Origin: Synechococcus sp.
Lineage (GTDB): Bacteria; Cyanobacteriota; Cyanobacteriia; Thermostichales; PCC-7336
Length of the DNA stretch: 38,304 nt
NCBI GenBank assembly: GCA_051439425.1
Contig: JBFRWD010000124.1
Coordinates: forward strand, 1 to 38,304
Direction of reading: 5' to 3'
Positions 18,582 through 27,900 of this stretch are shown piece after piece. The translations under genes and the position numbers were made by a program. The number at the start of each line of letters is the position of its first letter. The stretch's first letter is position 1. Under the pieces are notes generated by a model. The model was not told where the DNA came from. It saw nothing but the letters and a program-made list of their open reading frames with translations, and did no database searches.

Positions 18582-18704
18582 TGTTCTTCAGGCTTGCTCT
18601 GAAATTTGTCATTTTCAAGCAACGATGTTGCAGCCAGCCTGGGATGGGGGGTGTTCTTCAGGCTTGCTCTGGAATCTCCCGTTTCTGGGCATTGATGTTG
18701 CCGC
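18582..18704 (+). repeat. Imperfect direct repeat, two ~53-bp copies with 70-bp period
   Basis: TGTTCTTCAGGCTTGCTCTG is identical at 18582 and 18652; both copies continue with similar sequence to GATGTTGCnGC. Confidence 0.8.
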
Positions 18705-18761
18705 AATGTTGTAGAGCTTCTTTATAGCTTGTCTTATTTATCTGTTTGACGTATTTCCTAC

Positions 18762-19919
18762 ATGGCTTCAGCATCCCTTCCCCTTACCCTCGGCATTATT
18801 GGTGGCGGACAGCTAGCACGCATGACGGCGATCGCTGCTGCCCCTCTGGATATTCGGGTATCGGTGTTGCACCCTAGCAACGACTGTCCGGCAGCTCCTG
18901 TCAGCGAGGTGGTTGTGGGGCAGTGGACGGAACGCCATGACTTAGAGGCATGGGCTCAGACTGTCGATGTTGTGACGTTGGAGCACGAGTTTGTAGCTGC
19001 GGCAGATCTGAGTTGGCTGGCTCAGCAGGGACATTCTGTTTGGCCGTCTGGGGCCACTTTGGTGCTGATTCAGGATAAGTGGCGACAGCGTAGCCACCTA
19101 TTACAAGCAGGATTACCAGTCCCTAAATTCCGAGCAGTTGACTCGCTGACAGCGTTGGAACGGACGCAGCAAGAATGGGACGCACCGCTGGTGGTAAAAA
19201 CGCGGCGGTTGGGCTACGACGGTCACGGTACGGAGATCGCCCGCAAACCGGATGAGTTAGAGAGCATTTGGCAGATGTTTTGTCTGGATGGCAGCGAAGC
19301 GGCAGACACTCTGATGGTTGAGGAATTTATCCCATTCGAACGAGAGCTAGCGGTGATGGTGGCTCGACGTCGTAATGGGGATTGTGTGTGTTATCCAGTC
19401 ACGGAAACCGTACAGGAGAATTACGTCTGCGATCGCACGATTACCCCAGCTCCTATTCCCCAAGATTTGCGTCAGACAGCGGAGGATGTGGCGATCGCGG
19501 CTGTCCAAGCAGTGGAGTCTGTGGGGGTGGTGGGGGTGGAGCTATTTCTGACCGAGTCGGGAGATGTCCTGGTAAACGAGTTGGCCCCCCGCCCCCACAA
19601 TTCCGGTCACTATACGTTGAACGGATGCGTCACCAGTCAGTTCGAACAGCACGTGCGTGCGGTACTCGATTTACCCCTTGGTTCCACTGAATTACTGGCT
19701 CCTAGCGTGGTGATGGCCAATGTGTTGGGGACGCGAGACGGTGATTGTCGAGGGATTCCACTGGCTGGCGTGTTGCAGGAGCCCGATACCTATTTGCATT
19801 GGTATGGCAAGGCGGAGAATCGGCCTGGGCGAAAATTGGGTCACGTGAATGCGATCGCGGAGAATCCAGAGCTGGCGATCGAGCGAGCAGAGCGAGCCAG
19901 ACAATCGTTAAACGTTTAG
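18762..19919 (+). CDS. purK: N5-carboxyaminoimidazole ribonucleotide synthase
   Basis: GIIGGGQLARM, QDKWRQR, GYDGHG, NELAPRPHNSGHYT, SQFEQH, HWYGK and RKLGHVN. Confidence 0.96.
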   Translation: MASASLPLTLGIIGGGQLARMTAIAAAPLDIRVSVLHPSNDCPAAPVSEVVVGQWTERHDLEAWAQTVDVVTLEHEFVAAADLSWLAQQGHSVWPSGATLVLIQDKWRQRSHLLQAGLPVPKFRAVDSLTALERTQQEWDAPLVVKTRRLGYDGHGTEIARKPDELESIWQMFCLDGSEAADTLMVEEFIPFERELAVMVARRRNGDCVCYPVTETVQENYVCDRTITPAPIPQDLRQTAEDVAIAAVQAVESVGVVGVELFLTESGDVLVNELAPRPHNSGHYTLNGCVTSQFEQHVRAVLDLPLGSTELLAPSVVMANVLGTRDGDCRGIPLAGVLQEPDTYLHWYGKAENRPGRKLGHVNAIAENPELAIERAERARQSLNV

Positions 19920-19990
19920 ACGATATTATCTGCATACTCTTATCTGCACACTGCCCATCTACACAGCGCTCGAGAACGATGTGGGTCGTG

Positions 19991-20605
19991 CTAGGCAGAT
20001 TCAACCCTGTTGCCGATCAACTCTGGTTCCAGAGCATCGAGGATTTGGTGATAGGTGTAGGATAAATCGCCACTGTTGTCGATGACGACATCACTATGAA
20101 TCGCTTTTTTCGCCAGGGGCCACTGGCTGTCAATTCTCGCCTGGGCTTCAGCCGCTGATAGATTATCCCGCTGCATGAGGCGATCGAGTTGCTGTTGGGA
20201 GGGACAGATGACGGTCCATACTTCATCCACCAAATCGGTCATGCCAGCCTCAAACAGCAGCGGTACCACGATGACAGCCGTGGCATCCTGAGGAAGTTGG
20301 GCTATGAAAAGCTCTAACTGAAGACGAACAAACGGATGAATCTTAGTCTCTAACCAGGCCCGTTCTTCAGGAGATTCAAAGACAATCGAGCCCAGCATCT
20401 TGCGGTTAAGCTGCCCTAAATCATCGAGGATACCCGAGCCGTAGCGATCGCGAATTTGCTTCAAAACCTTGGTGCCGGGACGCACGGCCTCCCGTGCCAA
20501 TACATCCGCATCCGCTACTGGAATCCCCCATTCCACCAGCCATCCGGCCACAGTAGACTTTCCGGTCGCAACCCCTCCCGTCAATCCAATAATCCGTCGT
20601 TTCAC
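19991..20605 (-). CDS. coaE: Dephospho-CoA kinase
   Basis: IIGLTGGVATGKSTV, DADVLAR, IHPFV, PLLFE and ARIDSQ. Confidence 0.96.
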   Translation of the reverse strand: MKRRIIGLTGGVATGKSTVAGWLVEWGIPVADADVLAREAVRPGTKVLKQIRDRYGSGILDDLGQLNRKMLGSIVFESPEERAWLETKIHPFVRLQLELFIAQLPQDATAVIVVPLLFEAGMTDLVDEVWTVICPSQQQLDRLMQRDNLSAAEAQARIDSQWPLAKKAIHSDVVIDNSGDLSYTYHQILDALEPELIGNRVESA

Positions 20606-21076
20606 ATCATCTCCCGCATTGAACTGTGACCCACAGTACCGATCCCACTCAGGCTAACGACTTATCCGAAGTTGAGATGATGTCATCGCTGCTCAACCAC
20701 TTACCAGTAATTCGGCTGAAGACTCGATATTGAAATTGCTAAGACTATATATGAATCGTAGTGCAACTTTTCATTTCTCTTCCTTACGCACTACCACATT
20801 GCATTATGGTAGCCCCCTCAAGAAGATTACTGCGCATAGGATCGCGCTAGATGGGAATGTCTTCTCGATCGCGGATGTAATTTACACCGATCTCTAGCGA
20901 TCGCCGATCTCAGTTGTTGCGGATGTTTCGTTATTGCGGAGCTCACCAACCGCTTGGTTCTCCGCTCCGATGCGGCATGGGGACATTCCAATCGTTGCAC
21001 TCTTATCTGGAGTTTGGGTGGGTTGTCTGCGGGGACGGTTATCTACGAACACAATGGCAACAGCCCGAAATAATTT

Positions 21077-22306
21077 ATGTCGCATCCTCAGAAAGTAGCA
21101 GTCCTATTGTGCGGATATGGGGAGGTTGAAACCTACGATGATTTCGCCGATTACAACGAACGCGCGCTCCGGTTGTTAGCCTCTAAATTCATCAAATTTC
21201 CTGACTTCACAATTCCCTGGATTGCAAAAGCCTTAGAAGTCTTCGATCGCCGCGAGTGGTCTCAGCAAGATAACTACCAGTCTCCCCACAACGAGATTTT
21301 TCACGCCCAACGCACCGGTTTAGAGAACGCCCTACAGCGACGCTACGGCGATCGAGTAGAGGTGTTTACGGCATTTAACTTTTGCGAGCCCTATCTCCCC
21401 CATCAAGTCCTGAAAACAATCCGCGAGAAAGGGTTCGAAAAGCTAGTCATCTTCCCTCTGCTGGTGGTGAATTCCATTTACACCTGTGGCCTAGCACTGC
21501 AGCAGATTAACGAAGCATTGGGAGAGGATGCCGATTGGCTAAAGGACATGCGCTATCTGCCTAGTTTCGGACATTTGCCGGAATATCAGGAGCGGGTTGC
21601 CGAACATGTTGAAGCCCGACTCGGTACCCTCAAAACCTCCTGCGCCCCCTCCCAAATCGGCATCATCTTGATGAACCACGGCTGTCCGATGGATAACAAG
21701 GGTTTTGAAGGGGGGATTCACGATAGCGAAGACCTATATCGCGGAGTTCGCGATCGCCTGATAGATCGCTATCCACTCATTTCTATTGGTTGGATGAACC
21801 ACCAAACCCCCGGTCAATGGACGACTCCCGATGTGGATTTGGCGGCTCAAAATTTGCTGACGATGGGGGCGAAGGCGCTGGTGTTTGTGCCCATCGGTTT
21901 TGTGACCGAAAACCACGAAACTATGCTGGATGTGGCCTACAGCATCAGCAAACTGCAATCGCAGGTGGAGTGCTTGCATGTGGATTGTTTGAATGACGAT
22001 CCTGGTTTCTTAGAACTCTGTGCCGGATGGCTCGATCCTCTGATTGCGGAGATTGCTGAACTACCTGAATTGGAGAGCGCTGAAATTCCAGCGGTGATTC
22101 CTCCTGCAGGAAGTCAACCCAATCGGAATCAGGATATGTCCGATCGCTTGAAAAATGGGCATTCCCATCACAGGCATTCCCACGGCCATTCTCACGGGCA
22201 TGGTCACTCTCACGGGCATGGTCACTCTCACGGGCAAGGTCACTCTCATTCCCACAAGCAGCACCGTCACGACCATCACCATCACAACGGTCATCACCAC
22301 CACTAA
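21077..22306 (+). CDS. Ferrochelatase-fold (class II chelatase) paralog with His-rich C-terminal tail
   Basis: HemH-like motifs SPHN, MNHG, WTTPD and PIGFVTENHETMLDV. No CAB-type C-terminal helix; ends in a ~50-aa His/Gly/Ser tail. Confidence 0.8.
   Translation: MSHPQKVAVLLCGYGEVETYDDFADYNERALRLLASKFIKFPDFTIPWIAKALEVFDRREWSQQDNYQSPHNEIFHAQRTGLENALQRRYGDRVEVFTAFNFCEPYLPHQVLKTIREKGFEKLVIFPLLVVNSIYTCGLALQQINEALGEDADWLKDMRYLPSFGHLPEYQERVAEHVEARLGTLKTSCAPSQIGIILMNHGCPMDNKGFEGGIHDSEDLYRGVRDRLIDRYPLISIGWMNHQTPGQWTTPDVDLAAQNLLTMGAKALVFVPIGFVTENHETMLDVAYSISKLQSQVECLHVDCLNDDPGFLELCAGWLDPLIAEIAELPELESAEIPAVIPPAGSQPNRNQDMSDRLKNGHSHHRHSHGHSHGHGHSHGHGHSHGQGHSHSHKQHRHDHHHHNGHHHH
22187..22249 (+). repeat. 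18-bp tandem repeat (3.5 copies) encoding HSHGHG
   Basis: CATTCTCACGGGCATGGT CACTCTCACGGGCATGGT CACTCTCACGGGCAAGGT CACTCTCAT. Confidence 0.9.
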
Positions 22307-22359
22307 CGACCATGTTGGGTTGTGTGCGACCGACTTGAGTTTGAACTGAGCTTGAATTG

Positions 22360-22391
22360 TCCCTCACCAATTCCGGTGGGGGATTTTTGTT
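22360..22391 (+). terminator. Intrinsic terminator after chelatase gene
   Basis: TCCCTCACC-AATTCC-GGTGGGGGA-TTTTTGTT. Confidence 0.7.
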
Positions 22392-22536
22392 GATGAGAAC
22401 GCACGTCACTCAACCTGAGTTCGAGCCCCCCAATCTTTATCCCAATGTAGGAAAAGGGAGCAAGAGGCTTCAAACCTAATTGTTTCGTTGTGCTGCGAGG
22501 CAAATATCCCGTTCAAGTGGTTCCGTCGAACTGGCA

Positions 22537-23409
22537 TCACTCATCAGCCAAGATCCACAACCCTGTCGTAGTTGCCCCCGAGTCATCCGGCATGACAAGT
22601 AAAAAGTGAGTGCCATTTGTCGCCGTTTTGCGGTTTTCGAATTTTGATGCTGCATCCAATACGGTTGGGTCGGTGAATGTGGCCATCACCCAGCGATCGC
22701 TCAATCCCGCTTCCAATATGACACCGTGCGGATCGCCCGAAACGAAGTTCAGAGATACGGGTTTCGCCTTCTGTAACCATTCAGCCAACCTTAGAGAGCG
22801 CCGATCTCCGTAGAAAATCGCCCCTGGAATCGATGCGTCTGGAGCGATGCTAAGTAAATTGGCCAGCAACGAGCAGTCTTTGACCGGAATGACCCGCTCG
22901 GTCAGCGCCAGTAAATCCGATCGGGACAGTGCCGCAAATTGCCAGCGATCGCCCTGAAACTCTTCAGGCATGGCTTCGGGAGGAGCGGATTCGATGGAAA
23001 TGGGGTCGTAGGGTTCCTGTCTGTAGCCCTCCAGTTGCGGATAAAGCTGAGCCTGAATCTGTAGGCGTTGTTTGAGCGCGGGTGTGCGTCGAGAGGATTC
23101 CACCGCTATTCCCAGTCGTTCGCAGGCTTGGGTAATCGTTGCCAGAGACTGCGGGCGAAAGATCTGTATGGTTTGTGGGGCAGAGTATTTGCGAAACCAC
23201 TGCTGTAGGCGATCGCCAATCCATTGCGAATCCGCCAGTTTTTGCGGACAAAAGGCCACTTTCTCAACAGAGCTATCGGAGCTACAGGCCACTAATGCCC
23301 ACAAGGTTTGACCGGATTCATCCGTGAGCGGACATCGATAAAAATCCACCTGCCAAGCCAGGGGAGACTGAGGGGGCTGGCTCACTTTGCAGACTCCATC
23401 AATTATCAT
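22537..23409 (-). CDS. Tab2/Atab2 family RNA-binding protein (DUF1092)
   Basis: WQVDFYRCP, FRPQSL, RRTPALKQ, GDRWQFAAL, LEAGLSDRW and HFLLVMPDDSG..TGLWIL. Confidence 0.88.
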   Translation of the reverse strand: MIIDGVCKVSQPPQSPLAWQVDFYRCPLTDESGQTLWALVACSSDSSVEKVAFCPQKLADSQWIGDRLQQWFRKYSAPQTIQIFRPQSLATITQACERLGIAVESSRRTPALKQRLQIQAQLYPQLEGYRQEPYDPISIESAPPEAMPEEFQGDRWQFAALSRSDLLALTERVIPVKDCSLLANLLSIAPDASIPGAIFYGDRRSLRLAEWLQKAKPVSLNFVSGDPHGVILEAGLSDRWVMATFTDPTVLDAASKFENRKTATNGTHFLLVMPDDSGATTTGLWILADE

Positions 23410-23594
23410 CTATAGTCTATTGCTTCTCAGTGTGCAACCGCCTGGTGATGGCAGCCAACAGTCATGAGTGCCGAATGTTTCGCAATCGGGTCGAGATCGC
23501 CAATGCTAGGCAAACGGTAGCTACCCAGTTAGCCTAGTTGATGCTGCCTCACCTACTGAATTAGAGGCGCACCCAACTACACTCTGACTTCTCC

Positions 23595-24695
23595 ATGTCT
23601 GCTGTCACCATTCCTCTCACCCTGCCCAACACCTCCTACGACATCACCATTGCTGCCAATAGTCTGGGCAATTTGGGACGTGGCATGGCAGATCGCGGAC
23701 TGCTGGGCAAAGTGCTCGTGGTCAGCAATCCTGTCATCTTCAAACACTACGGAACTGCGGTCCTCCAAGGGTTGGAAACGGCTGGTTTTACGACAGCATC
23801 CTGTATTCTCCCCGCTGGAGAACGCTATAAAACCCCCCGTACCCTACTTAAAATTCACGATGCAGCTTACGACGCAGGCTTAGAGCGATCATCCACGATT
23901 GTGGCATTGGGCGGTGGTGTTGTCGGAGACATGGCGGGGTTTGCGGCTGCCACTTGGATGCGGGGGATGAATGTGGTTCAGGTGCCCACCACGCTACTGG
24001 CAATGGTGGATGCTGCGATTGGTGGCAAAACTGGTGTCAACCATCCGGGGGGGAAGAATCTAATCGGGGCGTTTCATCAACCCCGCTTGGTGTGGATCGA
24101 TCCCTCAACTCTGGCGACCCTACCGGCACGAGAATTCCGAGCAGCGATGGCGGAAGTAATCAAATATGGTGTGATTCGGATGCCGGAGTTATTCGAGTTT
24201 TTGGAGACTCAACACCAGCTGAAAAGCTATCGTGGGTTCGATACCGATGCTTTGTTTCATTCCATCGAGCAGTCGGCCCGCTGCAAGGCTGATGTGGTGA
24301 TGCGCGATGAGAAAGAAGGAGGCTTGCGTGCCATTTTGAATTACGGCCATACGGTTGGGCACGCGATTGAAAGCGCTACGAAATATCGCATGTATCGCCA
24401 CGGGGAAGGGGTGGCATTGGGCATGGAAGCGGCGGCCCGGATTGCGGCCAACTTGGGGTGGTGGGATACCGAGAATGTCCATCGCCAGCGGGAGTTGATG
24501 GTGAGATGTGGTCTGCCGGTAGTTTTACCGGATGGGTTGGATCTACCGACGATAGTGACGTTAACCCACAGCGATAAGAAGGTGAAGTCTGGCAAGGTGC
24601 GGTTTGTCTTGCCGAAGACTTTGGGTGCAGTGGAGATTACTAGCGATGTGAGCGATCTCGATGTCAGTCAAGTGCTTGAGGACATGCACGCTTAG
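23595..24695 (+). CDS. aroB: 3-dehydroquinate synthase
   Basis: GGGVVGDMAGF, PTTLLAMVDAAIGGKTGVN, KNLIGAFHQP, LNYGHTVGHAIE and HGEGVALG. Confidence 0.97.
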   Translation: MSAVTIPLTLPNTSYDITIAANSLGNLGRGMADRGLLGKVLVVSNPVIFKHYGTAVLQGLETAGFTTASCILPAGERYKTPRTLLKIHDAAYDAGLERSSTIVALGGGVVGDMAGFAAATWMRGMNVVQVPTTLLAMVDAAIGGKTGVNHPGGKNLIGAFHQPRLVWIDPSTLATLPAREFRAAMAEVIKYGVIRMPELFEFLETQHQLKSYRGFDTDALFHSIEQSARCKADVVMRDEKEGGLRAILNYGHTVGHAIESATKYRMYRHGEGVALGMEAAARIAANLGWWDTENVHRQRELMVRCGLPVVLPDGLDLPTIVTLTHSDKKVKSGKVRFVLPKTLGAVEITSDVSDLDVSQVLEDMHA

Positions 24696-24844
24696 GTGAG
24701 TGCCGATTCCATTGACGCAGACAATTGTCCTTTGTGAAGCAGAACTGAAAACCTACCTTGTGGGGTTTACTCTAAAACTTCACACGCGACTGAGTAAACG
24801 GAAATAGGCTTGAGTCATTTGCCTTTGGATTTGCCAATTAATGA

Positions 24845-24871
24845 GAAAAGCAGCCCTCAATGAGAACTGCT
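24845..24871 (-). terminator. Intrinsic terminator after RTX protein gene
   Basis: Minus strand reads AGCAGTTCTC-ATT-GAGGGCTGCT-TTTC. Confidence 0.6.
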
Positions 24872-24913
24872 AGTCGCTGTCAGTTGAGCAAGACCCTTGG
24901 TCTCACCACCGAC

Positions 24914-27900
24914 TTAGATAATGAAGTTGGAGCTGCTTAGGTCGCTTGCATCCACATTGATGAGTTCGGCTACTCGGTAGTTCGAGCCACCAAATTTGGT
25001 CATCACCAGCGTATTGTCTCCTCGTTGAGACAGAATGACTTTGTTGCTAAACGAAGCACCGTTGGGGAACAGCTGTTTAATGTCAATGCGATCTAGGCTC
25101 GCCTGGAAGTCTGTGATGATATCGGCTGAAGCGTTGGTTGTTAGCAACTCATTGCGTGATGTGTAGCGGAAGATATCGCGCTCTCCTCGTCCGCCGGTCA
25201 GGGTGTCTTTACCCTTGCCGCCAATCAGAGTATCGATACCGTTTCCGCCAATCAGCTCGTCATTACCGTCATTGCCTTTGAGCCAGTCTCGCTGGCCGCC
25301 TCCTGATAGGGTATCTTCACCCGTGCCGCCATACAGACTGTCATTGCCGGAGCCACCGAAGATAGAATCTGCTCCTGAGTTGCCAAATAGGCGATCGTTA
25401 CCAGTGCCACCTCGGAGAGTATCGTCACCACCGCCACCTTTGATCGTATCTTGGCCGCCCTCTCCATTGAGCAGGTCGTCTTCAGCTAAGCCCTCTATTG
25501 ATTCGGAAGCGTTGGAGCCTCTCAGCGTATCTTGTCGTTCGGAGCCCAGAATGGTGGTGCCGTTGGGGTTGACTGATAGGCCGAAAACAGTTGTCGTTTC
25601 TTGATCGATGGCGTCAGATGCTGTGACCTCGATGAAGTAGAAACCGACATCATCTGCTGTGGGATTGGCGCTGAAAACGCCGTTCTCAAAACCCAGGAAC
25701 TCAGGTAAGTCCGAGCCCCCTTCACTGAAGGCTGTAAAGGTCAGGTCGTCGTTTTCCGGGTCGCTAAAGGCTGCAGACGCATCAAAGCTGAACGCTGCTC
25801 CAGTACTCGTGATTTGAGTTTCGATTGGGCTGGCTACAGGTGCCTCGTTAATTTCCCCAAAAACCGTAATTGCGACGGTGGCAGTATCTGTTGCACCATT
25901 TTGGTCGCTGACTGTGTAGGTGAAGGTGTCTGTTGCTGTGTCATTGACCTCGAGGTGGAATTGACCGCTGGGATCGTACGTGAACGTTCCATCCTCGTTG
26001 ATGGTTACCGAAGCTCCTGAACTAGAGGTGATGCTGCCTGGCACTACAGTAAGGACGTTGCCATCCGGATCGTCGTCGCTATCGCTATCTGCCCCATTGC
26101 CGTTGTCCTCCAAAACATTTCCGGTCAGCTCGTCTTCAACGAAGACAGAGAAGACATCGTCCGCTGCTTCTGGGGCTACGTTATCGGCCACTGTGATGAC
26201 TAAGTCATTGCCGATTTGAACCAGTTCGAACTCTTTGGTTGCGGAGTCGTACTTGTCGACGTCTGCAGCGGCATCGGCCAAGGTATCGGCGGCGATTGTC
26301 AGGTCGTTGTTGCCAGTGACATCGATTAATGTGTGGACGCCGTTTTCCAGGTCATTGAAGCCGTTCCCATACATGGAGACTCCGAATTCAACTCTGCCGG
26401 TGCTGGTAATTTCTGCATCGCCATTAATGGTTAGAAGTGGGTCACCTTCGGCGTCATCTATATCCTGTCCGTAGAAGTAGAGGACACCTTCTCCACCAAG
26501 CGTGAAGTCGGTATCGACGGTGAATTCATCGGGTTGGAAGGTTCCCTCATCAATAATCAGCGCGTTACCGGTAAAGGTTCCGGAACCGGTTAAGATGCCG
26601 CCTTCATCGTCGAAGAGGCCGGTGTTGTTAAAGGTGCCATCGTTTTCGAAGTAGCCATCGTTAACAAAGGTGCCGCTGTTGTTGATGATTCCTGCGCCAT
26701 CTCCTTCGCCGCCTTCTTGGTTAAAGACGTATCCATCGTTTTCGAAGGTGTCGTTGTTGTTGAAGGTGCTGTAGTTTATCAGCTTGCCCCCATCGGCTTC
26801 GTACTCGTCTAGGTCGTAACCGCCGTATCCGTATCCTCCATAACGTAATGGGCTCTTGCCTCCATAGTTAGAGATGGTCCCATTGTTGTTGATAACACTG
26901 TCAGCGCCGTAGTTTTCAATGGTGCCGTAGTTTTCGATGGTGTCGCTATTGTTGATGGTGCCGGCATTGGCGTTATCGTCGTAGTCACCATTTACCAGAT
27001 AACCGTAGTTCTCGACGTAGCCGTCGTTTTCGAAGGAGCCGTAGTTATTGAAGGTTCCATCTTCATCGCCACCGAGTCCTCTGGAGTAATATCCGTAACC
27101 TCCGGTGATATATACATCACCCGTGTTGTTGAAGGTGCCGTAGTTGTTGAAGTCTCCATCCTTCTCGCCAAGACTCTCTATGTCAAGACTCTGTATGACG
27201 TTGACTTGTACGTTGAAATCGCCGTATCCAGAACCTGAGATGCTGACTTCACCCGAGTTGTTAAAGGTACCGTGGTTGTCGAAGCTGGCATTGCCATATC
27301 CTCCACCGCCCAAGAGACCTGAATAACCGTAACCGTATCCTCCCGTCGAAATGAAGCCATCGTTGTTGATGGTGCCGTAGTTCTCGAAGTCGCCGCTGTT
27401 GAAAATCCCCGCAGAATTATCGATCGTGCCATCTTCATTGTTGACAACCGATCCGTAGTTTTCGATGATGCCGCCTTCTTCGAAGATGCCGCGTTCTTCG
27501 AAGATGATGCCTCCGAACTCGTTTTCGTCTCCGAGGTCAGGTTCCTCAATGCTGTTGGTAATGGTGCCGTTATTCTCGATGGTGCCAGCATTCATCAAAT
27601 AGCCAGCATTCTCGATGGTATCTTTGTTGGTGATAGTGCCATCAAGGCCGTTTTCAAGCAGGTCGCTTAGGAATTCAAGCGCTTCTTCCTCGTCTCTGAA
27701 TACTTCTTCTAAATCGTCCCCTAGGAATTCACCGGCGAACCCAAGAATACTTTCAAACGGTACAAACGGGCCTTCAACCTCAAAGAGATTGCTGACGTCG
27801 ATATTAACGAATACCCCTTCGTTAGAGATGGTGCCATCGTTCTCGATGTGTCCCAGATTGAAGGCTGTGCCGTCGTAACCATCTCCGTAACCGAGGCCAC

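Noticed and set aside
18582..18704. Mini CRISPR array
   Set aside because: Only two copies, the 'spacers' resemble each other, the repeat is not palindromic and there are no cas genes.
17676..18727. ORFs of 60-148 aa overlapping trnW and rnpB
   Set aside because: They are shadows of structural RNA genes with no protein motifs.
20890..21076. Cobalamin riboswitch or 6S RNA near purK and the chelatase
   Set aside because: Lacks the GGGAA..GGTG..AATCC and CCCGCAACTGT B12-box elements, and does not show the long 6S rod with central bubble.
23500..23540. Imperfect inverted repeat CTAGGC..GGTAGCTACC..GCCTAG (GGCAAAC start suggests a c-di-GMP riboswitch)
   Set aside because: No GNRA loop or second GEMM hairpin; at most an operator or hairpin between divergent genes.
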